A program made the position numbers and the translations under genes. The notes under the pieces were generated by a model, which made no database searches, was not told where the DNA came from, and was given only the letters and a program-made list of their open reading frames with translations. Positions 8,855 to 19,774 of a stretch of DNA of 32,000 nt are shown piece by piece. Origin of the DNA: Candidatus Saccharimonadota bacterium (GTDB lineage Bacteria; Patescibacteriota; Gracilibacteria; BD1-5; UBA6164); the NCBI GenBank assembly GCA_963677765.1, contig OY782392.1, positions 390,001 to 422,000 of the forward strand, in the 5' to 3' direction. Within the stretch, counting starts at the first letter, position 1; every line of letters begins with the position of its first letter.

Positions 8855-11467
8855 TTAACCACTACAACTATCACAACTTTTTACATCTAAACTCATAGAT
8901 CTAACATAATAAACTGTTTTTATTCATTGTTTATGAGCTTTCATGTAGTATTGATAAAGTTCTCTTGGTGATACTTTAGCAGGATCTATCATCCATTCAA
9001 AAGAAATAGATTGATCTATCCATTTATAGATAACTGAAACCATATCTATAACATCATTCATATTCATATTTACATATTCTTTGTAGTACCAAAAATTTTC
9101 TTGATCTAAATTTGGTGCTACATTAACACTAGGTGCAATTGCATTAGTTTCAACAAAGTATTTTTTATAAATAGGAAGAATTGATGCAGTTGTTCATACA
9201 ACTAAAGCTGTAGAAGTATTAGGAGCAGGAGCCAAATGATAAGCGAATCTAACTCAATCTTTTTTAATATCATCAATTAGTTTTAACCATTTATCAGACA
9301 TTTCTGAGTTATTTTTATACCAATCAGCATCTTTTCATAATAAAACTCATTTAGACCATTCTGATCATTCATATAGTTCATATGTCCCTCTTTCCGAAGC
9401 AAGTTTATTAGATGATTTCAAAGTTCTGTACGCATATTTTTCAAATAATTTATCAACTACTTCTCTAGCTTCTAGAGAATCATAAGATAATTTATTTACA
9501 GCTAAATATTCAGCTAATCATAAGAAACCTAATCAAACTGATCTATATCTTTGAGCTGTCCTTTTAGCTTCTTTTATTGGATAAAAATTTAAATCAATAA
9601 CATTATCTAAAAGTCTCATAGCAACAGGTATAACCTTTTTAATATCTTCATCAGTATTTACTTTTGCTACATTTATAGAAGCTAAGTTACATACAACACT
9701 ATCACCTGGTTCATATTTTATTACTATATTCCCATCTTCTAATTCTTCTTCCACAAATTTAGAAGTACTTGTATTTTGACATATTTCTACACATAATTGT
9801 GTTGAATATACATTTCAAGCATGTTTATTTGGATTTAAAGCATTAACTGTATCTCTAAAGAAAGCATAAGGCATTCATGTTTCTACAGTAGTTTTTAAAT
9901 ATTTTTTAAATAAATCTTTTGCTTTTATTGTTTCTTTTAATTCTAGTTCTGGATTATTTTCACATTCAACATAAAATCTTTCAAAATCTTCTCAAAAATG
10001 ATCTTGAAGTTTTTTACCTGTAACTTCAGAAATTTCTTTTGGATCAAATAAAGTCCAATCTTCATCATTAGCAACTCTCTCCATAAATAAATCTGGGAAT
10101 GTTACTGCTGGAAAAACATCAAAACTTTTTGATCTTATATCTCAAGTTTCTGTTTGTAAGTCTAAGAAACTATAAATATCTCTATGAAAAGCATCTAATG
10201 TTACTGAAATAGCTCATGCTCTAGCTCATAATTGATTTACAGCAACTGCAGTATCATTTATAACCTTAATCCATGGGTTAACACCTCAAGCAGCTCATTT
10301 TACTCATCTAATACTAGATCATTTTGATCTTATATTTCATAAATATACTCCAATACCACCTCAAAACTTTGATACTTGAGCCATATTTTCTATAGAATGA
10401 TAAATAGCTCTTAAATCATCATCAACATTAAATTTGAAACAACTAGATAATTGATGAAAATTAGTTCTAGCATTTAACAAAGTAGGTGTTGGTAAAGATA
10501 TTTTTCAAGTAGCACAGTAGTCATATATTTTTTTAGCAACTTCTAATCTTTTTTCTTTTGGTTCAGGTATAGCCAAAAATAATGCTGCACTCATATACAT
10601 TTCTTGAGGTAATTCTTTTGTTACTTTATTTGGATTTAAAAGATATCTTTTTTTATACATCAAAACAGTTGTATAATTATATTCAAAGTCATATTCTTTT
10701 TTTAAATAACTTCATGCTTCCAATATATCTTCTTCAGTGTAATAATCATAAAAATTTTTATAATACTTTCCTGATTTTATATATTCATCAAATAAACTTT
10801 TATAATGTTTAGATTCATAAATTTTTTTAATATCCATATTTCTATTATATGAAGCTTCTTTATATAAATCTATCAAAGCAAGTCTACCTGCTATAAATTG
10901 CCATGATGTATTTTCAACACTAACTAAATCAACTGCTGACTTAATAAGCATTTTTGTTATATCTGAAGTTTTCATACCTTCTACAATATATTTTTTCAAA
11001 CTATCCGAAATCTCTTCAAATCTACATTTTCTTGCTAATCAATAAGAAACAATTTTGTATGTTTTTCTTACTTTTTCTATATCAAAGTTTTCTTTTTTTC
11101 AAGTAGTTTTAGTTATTTTAAATGTATTTTTTTCAAGCTTTTTTTCTACTTTTTCTTTTTGTTTTTCTCTTATTTTAGATCTTTCATTTCTATAAATAAT
11201 AAAATGTTTCATTACTTCAAAATGCCCTTCTTTCATAAGAACTCTTTCTATTTGATCTTGAGCCATTTCTATAGTGATAACAGCTTCTCATTCACAATCG
11301 TCTAAATAATTAGATAAATTTTCTATAACTTTATCTGTTACATCATCAACAAAATCAAAATCATTATTTCAAATAGCTTCAGCTGCTTTTTCTATAACTC
11401 TTTCTATTCTTGTTCTATCAAAGTTAACTAAATCCCCCTCTCTTGTTTTTATAAATTTCACTTCCAT
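8855..11467 (-). CDS. nrdA: Class Ia ribonucleotide reductase alpha (R1) subunit (870 aa)
   Basis: 871 codons. N-terminal ATP-cone (MEVKFIKTREGDLVNFDRTRIERVIEKA), which implies class Ia rather than Ib. Active-site region ..SVVCNLASINV.. (ORF-track fragment). C-terminal redox Cys pair ..KSCDSCSG. Confidence 0.95.
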
Positions 11468-11713
11468 ATAATCATCTTAAATAATAAAATGTCTAAATAA
11501 AAATTTAATCATTTTTGATTTTTTTGCTAACAATTTTAGAACAACTATGTTAAGAATTTTTTTTAAAATGTTAAAAAACATAAAAAATCTTTTATTTTAA
11601 AACAAAAAAATATTTTTAACATTGAATTAAAATTAAAAATATTAAATTGTCTAGAAAAATAAAACACTTAACATAATATTTTATTGCAATATTAGTTTTT
11701 TAACTAGAAATTA

Positions 11714-11740
11714 ACAAAAAAAGACAAGCTATATTAGCTT
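11714..11740 (-). terminator. Weak terminator after rmuC
   Basis: aagcta (11726-11731) pairs with tagctt (11735-11740), overlapping the TAG stop. On the minus strand gtcttttttt follows. The stem is short. Confidence 0.35.
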
Positions 11741-12793
11741 ATCTTCTGGCTTATCTATCTGTAAAGTTTTAATCTCATTGTTATTAGTCTCTCAAGTTAT
11801 TTTAATAATATCTTTTTCTACTTGATTAAATTTTTTATAAGCATTATTATAATGATTAACACTTACTCATAAACTATTTCAAAGCTTTTCTAGATATTCT
11901 TCATAAGCAGATAAATGATTTGATAATTTTACAACTTGATTTCTTATATCTTTTGTTTTTTCTTCTACTTGCAAAGCTCTTAATCATTGCATAACTGTTT
12001 GCAGATATGCATAAAAACTAGTAGGACTAACTATTATAACTTTTTTTTGTTTAAAAGCATACTCTATTAAATCTTGTGTTGTTGATTTCATACTTCATAC
12101 CTTATTAACAAGTAAATCATAATATATTCACTCACTTGGTATAAACATAAAAGCAAAATCCATAGTTCACTCTTCGGGTCTTATATATTTACTTGTTTCA
12201 TCTATTCTCTTTTTTAAATCATTTTTAAAATCTTTTACATATGTTTCTTTTAACACAAGATTATCTTCTCACAATATTTTATTATAATTATCTAAAGAAA
12301 ACTTTGAATCAATAGGGATAATTTTATCTTTTACAAAAATAACTGCATCTACAATTTCTCAATTTGAGAATTTATATTGTAACTTGAAATTACTAGGAGG
12401 TAGAATATTTTTCAAAACATTCTCTAAAAAGTACTCTCCTAAAACTCATCTATTTTTAGTATTTTTTAATATACTTTCTAGTCACTCTAATCATTTTCAT
12501 ATATCATGTATTTTTTTATTTGTTTCTTCTAATGAAGATAATTTTTTAGTTATTTCTTCTATTTTTTTAGAAGCATCTCTTGTTATAGAAGTATTTATTT
12601 CACTTTGTTTCAATGTGTTTTCAGAGTTTTTACTCAATTTGAAATCAAGATTTCTATTTAGTTCAAAAATTTGATCTTGCAACATTTTAAAACTAGTTGT
12701 ATCAACATTAGTATTTCAAGATTTAGTAAGCAAATAAAAAATTATTGATAATAAGAAAAAAACTAAAAATATAAGGATTAATTCTAAAGTCAT
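11729..12793 (-). CDS. rmuC: DNA recombination protein RmuC family (354 aa)
   Basis: 355 codons. N-terminal TM helix, a long coiled coil (ORF-track fragment MLQDQIFELNRNLDF..), then an RmuC-type C-terminal core (GVLGEYFLENVL, IIPIDSKFSL, DFAFMFIPSEGIYYDL, IIVSPTSFYAYLQTV). Confidence 0.9.
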
Positions 12794-12797
12794 AATA

Positions 12798-13385
12798 TTA
12801 ACTTAATGATTTAATAACATAAGGTATAATTTCTCAAGCATCTTTTAAATCCTCTGGCAACTTAGATAAAACTTTATCAATATCACGAGGATTATATCAC
12901 ATATTAGTTAAAGTAGATTTTATAGATGACTGTAACTCTGGATTTATATTATTAGCTTTTATTACAGTATCTTTATTTATAGAAACTCCTAAATCTTTAT
13001 CTTTTAATTCTAAAATAATTTTTTCAGCCATTTTTTTTCAAACTCATTTTATTCATTCCAAAGTCTTATTATCTTGGTTAGAAATAGCTATAGTTAATCT
13101 CTCTAATCAAAGAGATAATATTTGCATAGCATGTTTTCATCAGATACCTGATATTTTTATTATTTCAGAAAAAACTTTTTTTTCATTTTTTTCTAAAAAC
13201 CCAAATAATGTTTGATTATTTTCTGTTATATTATGATAGATATACATTCAAACTTCTTCATGTAGTCATATATTAGAATATATTAATTCATTAATTCAAA
13301 CTTCATAAGCAACTCCTCAACTAGTTAAAATAGAAACACTATTGAACTCAAGATCAATTATTTTACCTGTTATATATGATATCAT
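12798..13385 (-). CDS. ruvA: Holliday junction branch migration complex subunit RuvA (195 aa)
   Basis: 196 codons. MISYITGKIIDLEFNSVSILTSGGVAYEV OB-fold start. Two helix-hairpin-helix motifs (ISGIGGKHAMQIL and IKGVGKKMAEKIILEL). C-terminal domain III. It ends 4 nt before the rmuC start. Confidence 0.92.
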
Positions 13386-13412
13386 TTTTGCTAAATAAAA
13401 ATTAAGTATATA

Positions 13413-13428
13413 TCTAGTATATACTAGA
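13413..13428. promoter_or_regulatory. 16-bp perfect palindrome in the divergent ruvA/secA control region
   Basis: tctagtatatactaga is its own reverse complement. It lies 28 bp upstream of the ruvA start codon. Function unknown. Confidence 0.3.
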
Positions 13429-13462
13429 ATATAAAAAAATCAAAAAGTTATAAATATATTTT

Positions 13463-13490
13463 TTGATTTATTAATCATTTTAAATATAAT
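13463..13490 (+). promoter_or_regulatory. sigma70-like promoter of secA
   Basis: TTGATT (13463-13468), 16-nt spacer, TATAAT (13485-13490). It lies 36 nt before the secA ATG. Confidence 0.45.
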
Positions 13491-13525
13491 CTTTTAGCTT
13501 AATTTAAATTAGAAACATATAAAAA

Positions 13526-16111
13526 ATGATAGAAAGTATTATTAAATCAATTTTTTGAGATCCAAGTGAAAAAAAAGTTAAAGAAATAACTAAACTAGTG
13601 GAACAAATCAAAGAATATGAAAAAAATCAAGAAAATTATTCAATAGAAGATATAAAAAATAAAACTCAAGAATTCAAAGCAAAATTTGAATGACTAGATT
13701 TTAAAAATCCTGAAGATTCAAAAACTATAAAAAAAATAATTGATGAAATAAAATTAGAAGCTTTTGCTTTAGTAAAAACTGCATGTAAAAATATTTCTTG
13801 AAAAGAGTTTGAATTAAAAAGTGGTAAAAAAATAACATGGAATATGGTTCCTTATGATGTTCAATTAATAGGTTGATTAGCTATAAATGATTGAAACATA
13901 AGTGAAATGAAGACTTGAGAATGAAAAACTTTAGTTGCTACTCTTCCAGCTTATTTAAATGCACTAACATGAAACCCTGTTCATATTGTAACAGTAAATG
14001 ATTACTTAGCAGAAAGAGATTCAGAAGAAATGTCTATATTATATGAAACTCTTTGACTAAAAACATGAGTTATTTTAAATTCTCAATCAAAAAGTATCAA
14101 AAAAGAACAATATCTATGTGATATTGTTTATGCTACTAATAATGAACTAGGTTTTGATTACCTTAGAGATAATATGGTAATATCAAAAGATGATAAAGTA
14201 CAATCAAGATTATTTTTTGCTATTATAGATGAAGTTGATTCTATATTAATTGATGAAGCAAGAACTCCATTAATAATATCAATGCCTGATAACGAACCAA
14301 CTAGCAAATATATGAAATTTGCAGCATTAATTAAAAACTTACAAAACTGAATTCATTATAAAATTGATGAAAAACAAAAAACTGCTACTTTGACTGAAGA
14401 TGGTATTAAGAAAGTAGAAGAAATATTAAGAGTTGATAATATATATGTTTCTGAACATTACAATGATATACACCATATAGAAAATGCATTGAAAGCTATG
14501 GCAGTATACAAAAAAGAAAAAGACTATTTAGTTATAAATTGAGAAGTTCAAATAATCGATGAACACACAGGTAGAGTTTTAGCTGGTAGAAGATATTCTG
14601 AATGACTTCACCAAGCTATTGAAGCAAAAGAATGAGTTGAAATAAAACAAGAATCAAAAACACTTGCAAGTATAACATTTCAAAATTTCTTTAGAATGTA
14701 TTGGAAATTATCATGAATGACTGGTACAGCATCAACTGAAGCAGAAGAATTTTATAAAGTATATAACTTAGATACTCTTATTATCCCTACAAATAAACCT
14801 ATAGCAAGAGAAGATAGATCTGATTTACTTTTCAAAAATGAAAGATGAAAATTTGATTATGTAGTATCAATGATAAAAGAACTACATAAATCAGGTCAAC
14901 CTATACTTGTATGAACAGTTTCTGTAGAAAAATCTGAATATTTAAGTGATAGATTAAAAAAAGAATGAATAAGTCATAGTGTTTTAAATGCAAAACATCA
15001 TGAACAAGAAGCTGAAATAGTATCTAAAGCTGGTCAAAAATGAGCAATAACTATAGCTACAAATATGGCTTGAAGAGGTACTGATATAAAATTATGAGAA
15101 TGAGTTAGAGAATTATGAGGTTTAATAATTCTTGGTACAGAAAAACATGAAACTAGAAGAATAGATAATCAATTAAGATGAAGAGCCTGAAGACAATGAG
15201 ATCCTTGAATAACTCAATTTTTAATATCACCAAATGATGATATAATGAGAATTTTTGGTTGAGATAAATTATTTGGAGTATTTAACTCTCCAATGTTTGC
15301 ATCTCTTCCTGAGAATGAACCTTTATCTCAAAGCTCTATGCTAACTAGAAAAGTTACAAGTGTTCAAAAACAAGTTGAATGACATAACTTTGATATGAGA
15401 AAACATATACTAGAATATGATGATGTCATAAATAAACACAGAAATATTATATACACAAGAAGAGATAAAATTCTAGACAGCCAAGATATTCATGAAGATA
15501 TCAAAAAAATGATTGAATCTCAAATAAAAATATTAGTAAATGCTGAATTTACTAAATCCCATAATGAAAATGAAGAAGAAATAAACAACTGAAATAAAGA
15601 TTTAATAAAAAGAGTTAACAGCTTTTTATGAATTGAAGCTATTGATGATAGAATAGAATTAGATGATATTTCATCTATGAATAATCCAGAAGAAATTTCT
15701 GAATATATATCAAGAATAGCTATCGATGAAATTGAAAAAGTAAAAGAAAGAGCTAACTCTCAAGATGATTATGCTAGATTAGAAAGAAGAATTGTTCTTA
15801 GTTCTATAGATGAATTATGGATGAGACATATAGATGCTATGAGTAAATTAAGAGAATCTGTAGCATTTGAGTGATATGCTCAAAAAAATCCATTAATTGT
15901 TTACAAAGAAAAAGCTTATTTTAAATTTCAAGATTTAATCAATGAAATTGAATATAAAGTAGTAAAAGCTATATTTAGTATTTGACAAACACCAAAAGAA
16001 GTTGAAGTAAATCAAGTTGATTTATCTAAAAAAGATTTGGAAACAAATTCAAATGATAATCCCCTATTTGATAAAAACTCTAATGCAAAAGTTAATAAAA
16101 TTAGAGTATAA
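13526..16111 (+). CDS. secA: Preprotein translocase ATPase SecA (861 aa)
   Basis: 862 codons. [20 protein letters not shown] start (Gly = TGA). Motor motifs [37 protein letters not shown] and TIATNMAGRGTDIKLG. Both + strand ORF-track fragments at 15395 and 15677 are in this frame. Confidence 0.97.
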
Positions 16112-16112
16112 A

Positions 16113-16150
16113 AATAAGTCTATTCCTATTAGAGAATAGACTTATTTTTT
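16113..16150 (+). terminator. Rho-independent terminator of secA
   Basis: 13-bp stem: aataagtctattc (16113-16125) pairs with gaatagacttatt (16134-16146), followed by a T-run to 16150. Confidence 0.7.
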
Positions 16151-16221
16151 GTCAATAGATTATTATAGTAAAATAAAAAATAATATGCTATTATTATTTA
16201 AATATTTATTAATAAAAAATT

Positions 16222-19047
16222 ATGATATTTGATCCTTCAAAACTAAACTTAAATGTTGAAGAAGATAATGAAAATAACTGATTAAATCAGGAATTTAAAA
16301 ATGAAAAAAAAGAAGAAACTAAAATAGAAAAACCTGAAATAAAAAAAGAAGTTGAAACTCAAAATGATGTTTTAGCTGATTTAAATATTGAAAAAAATGA
16401 AAACAATGAAAATCAAATTACAGAAAAAGAAGATGTAAATGCTTTTAATGATATAAAATTGGAAAATAAAGAAAAAACTGAAGAAACTCAAAAAGAAGAA
16501 AAAGAAGTGGAAGAAAATAATGTAGAAAAAGAAAGTGAAGAAAAAAAAGTAATTTATGATATAAACATAAATTCAATTAAAGATGTTTTAACATTATTAA
16601 TAGATAAATGATATGATTTTGTTACTTTTGAACCAGATGAAACAAGTGTAAAAATAAACTTTAGAAAAGATAAAGTAATAGTTGATACTAGATATATAAA
16701 ATACCCTATATATTCTAATATATTGATAAAAACAAAAAGTTTATCAAAATTAAAGGTAGAAGAAACACAAAAAGAACAAGAATGAGTATGAGAAGCAAAT
16801 ATTAGAAATAAATGATACGATGTATTAACAAAAGTTGTACCTTGAGCTTTTTGAGAAAAAATGTTCATAAAAGCAAAAGAAAAAAAGAAAAAAGTAGCAA
16901 AAAAAGAAACAAAAAAAATGAGCTTATCACAAATAATGACTTTTTTATGAGCTTTAGCATTTATATGACTTATTGTTTGAGGTTCTTTTATATGATTTAT
17001 AGCTATGAATGCAAAAACAGTTGAAGATGTTAAGTTTTTTGCTTCATTATGAATAAATTTAAATGAAATTAATAATTTTATATCGTCTTCGATAACAATT
17101 ATTTTTTCTACATTAGTATTCTTTGAAACAGCTGTTTTAATTATGTTACTTTTTAAATTCGCTCTTACAAAAAAAGAATTTAAACAAAAGAAAATAAAGT
17201 ATTGAATACTTTCTACTGTTGTTTTAATAATGACATTTTCTACAGCATCAGCTTGGATGATAATAGATAGAAAAGTAAATTCATTACCAAATTGGCAAGA
17301 AATGGCATTATGAGAAATTCAAATTTTTGATAATGCAAAACTAATAAGTGAGCAATTTGATAAAGTATGATCAATAGTACAAGATACTTCTAATTTGATT
17401 TGACCAGTAGAGTTAAAATTTGATTTATGATTTTTTCAAGATTCACAAGAAGCAAAATGATATAAGATAAATAAATATATATGGGATTTTTGATGAGATG
17501 ATATAGTTGAAACTCCTCTATCAAATATAATAAAAAGATTTGATAAAAAATGAATAAATGAAGTTACTTTAACAGTTATGCAAGAAGATATACAAGGTAA
17601 TATAATTGAAAAAGTAATAGAAGATATTCCAAGTATAAACATATCTTATTTAGTTGATATGAATGAAAGAGACCTATGAAATTGAAGTAAACAAGTTACT
17701 CTTAATGCATCTAGCTTAAGTGAATTATGAAATATAGAATGGTACTTAATGGATAATTTAGAAAAACCTGTATCTGAATCTGAAACATATATAACAAGAC
17801 CAATTTTTGAAGAAACATTAATAGGAATGTATATAAGAAACTCTGATAAAGAATCTGAATTATTAGATAAAATATTCATAATAAAATCAATAGAAAAATG
17901 AGAAATAGAAGCAGAAATTGATTTTCAAAGATGAATAGTAAATGATATGGAATATACATTTAAGATATCTAATATAGAAAGCTGAGAATGAAGAGGTTTT
18001 ATTGAAACATTTGAATGGAAAATATGAGATAAAGAATATACTAGAAAATGAGATGTAACTAATCAAGAAAAATCTAGTGAAATAAAACATATTTTTGAAA
18101 ATTATTGAGACTATACAATATCTGTAAAACTAACAAATACTTTTTGAGATATAAAAACTCTTACAAAAGAAATAAATATACCTAAAAAATTAAAAATAAC
18201 TAAGTGAATTGATATATTTGCAGATGATATAATAATAGAATCTGTTGACTACAAACAAAACTTAAATGAATATATGTTAAATAATATAGGTATACCAAAT
18301 TCAATGAAGTTTGATGCTAGATTTATAGAAATTGATTCTGATTTATATACTTTAAAAACAGTTAATTGGGATTATGACTCTGATTGAGATAATGACTTTA
18401 GCTGAAGAGTATGAGAATATAGCTTAAATTCTGAATGAAACCATACAATAACACTTAATGCTATTTTTGAACATAGAAAAATTGATGGTGAAATAATAGA
18501 AGTAGAGCAAAAAATATATATTGAAGCTGTTCAAAAAGAAGCAATTTTAGACTTTTTAATAAGCAAAAATAGTGAGTATGTTCCTGTGGTTGTATGATTT
18601 GATGCTTCCAGAGCAAAAGTAAAAGATTCTAATATTGCAAAATTTATATGGGATTATGGTGATGGTGAAACAGAAGAAAGAGATGCTATTGTACCATGAC
18701 ACATATATACAAAAGCTTGAGAATATGAAGTAAAACTTACAATATTAACAAGTGATTGAAAAAGATATTCAACAACAAAAAACCTTATATTAAAACCTAA
18801 AGCTCAAACAATAAGTATAAAAGCAAGTATGAAAAATGCTCCAGTATACCAATGAATTGACTTTAGTTCTGAATGATCTGATTGACAAATATCATCTTAC
18901 TTTTGGGATTTTGGCGATGGTGAAACTTCAACAAAAGCCAACCCAACACATGCATATAAAAAAGCATGAGATTACAAAGTAAAATTAAGATTAGATTTTG
19001 TTAATAGAAATGTTTTAAGAGAAGAAATAGATATTAGTATATACTAA
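16222..19047 (+). CDS. Large membrane protein: acidic/Lys-rich N-terminus, PilB/GspE-type N-domain without ATPase, TM helices, about 5 PKD-like repeats (941 aa)
   Basis: 942 codons. Residues around 125-230 read ..LIDKGYDFVTFEPDETSVKINFRKDKVIVDTRY..ILIKTKSLSKLKVEETQKEQEGVGEANIRNKGYDVLTKVVPGAFGEKMFIKA, the pattern that precedes Walker A in PilB/GspE (..DIHxEP..xRxRxDG..SRxKxxAxLxIxExRxPQDGR..RVSxxPxxxGEKxVxR). No Walker A follows. Hydrophobic segments follow instead (LGALAFIGLIVGGSFIGFIAM, ITIIFSTLVFFETAVLIMLLF, ILSTVVLIMTFSTASAWMII). The C-terminal part has PKD signatures WDFGGDD.., WDYGDGETEERDAIVPGHIYTKAGEYEVKL and WDFGDGETSTKANPTHAYKKAGDYKVKL. Confidence 0.8.
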
Positions 19048-19077
19048 AAAAAACAGCAATTTTCATTGCTGTTTTTT
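19046..19077. terminator. Bidirectional terminator shared by convergent genes
   Basis: aaacagcaat (19051-19060) pairs with attgctgttt (19065-19074), with an A-run on the left and a T-run on the right. It overlaps the stop codons of both flanking genes. Confidence 0.65.
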
Positions 19078-19774
19078 AGTATTTTATTTCTAATGACTTT
19101 ATATTTCATGAAAAACCAATATCTTCTAAATTAAATTTTAATACTTTAGCAATAGTTAATGCTAGAATTTTTTCTTGCTTAATAGAATCTGATAAAAATT
19201 CTATATTTTTATCATTAAAATTTTTGATATAAATTCATGCTATAGATCATCTATTTATTCACTTAAACATTGCTTTATTTTGTCATGATTCTCTAACAGG
19301 AGGAACAAAAAAGATTTCTTTTTTCATAGCTTTATAATCACTTCACCTCCATATAAGATTTTCTATATTAACAGAAACTGTAACCAGAGCTTCTTTAAAA
19401 TCAGGGATAAAACAATTAACATCTTCTCTTAGATAACCTAATTCTTTATAATAATTTTCCAATATATCTAACTCTTCTTTTAGAGTAATTCAAACAATAT
19501 GAATTTTTTTATTATTAGAAATAGAATAATCAAATAAAGATTGGAAAATCTCAAGCTCATCCTTTGGTGAATAAACTTCACTATACATTGCAAATTTTCA
19601 ATTTAAATTGCTTAATAGTTCAGTATTCTCTTTTTCTTTTAAAAGTTCTGAAATATAAAAAACTTCAATATTATCTGATGAGTAATTACAATCTAAATAA
19701 TCAAATAAAAATTTATTATCAAATTTATCTGTTGCTTCTATGTTTAATATTTTATCTCTATAAACTTTCTTCAT
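19076..19774 (-). CDS. Hypothetical protein (232 aa)
   Basis: 233 codons from ATG 19774 to TAA 19078-19076. The start overlaps the end of the upstream rnhB-queH ORF by 17 nt in another frame. No family assigned. Confidence 0.6.

Noticed and set aside
11468-11728. NrdR boxes upstream of nrdA (gaacaactatgttaag at about 11540 and acacttaacataat at about 11664).
   Set aside because: The matches to the 16-mer are poor. The two sites are about 125 bp apart rather than 31-32 bp, and the ACAATATATAG core is absent.
12384-12674. ORF-track entry, + strand, 96 aa.
   Set aside because: It is antisense to rmuC, whose own standard-code fragment (12497-12685, minus) is in the true frame.
16554-18090. Four ORF-track entries (16554-16868, 17436-17642, 17646-17879 and 17887-18090, all minus) plus 16812-17024 (+, off-frame).
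   Set aside because: All lie inside the 941-aa plus-strand gene, whose frame is supported by PilB-like and PKD motifs. The rejected ORFs are S/F/I-rich shadows.
19076-19774. Naming the 232-aa protein from the stretch FVPPVRESGQNKAMFKGINRGSIAGI, which is reminiscent of the dihydroorotase PPLR..D..AL..G...G.ID motif.
   Set aside because: The protein is about half the length of a dihydroorotase and lacks the metal-binding DHAP/HxH motifs. The similarity is too local to support a call.
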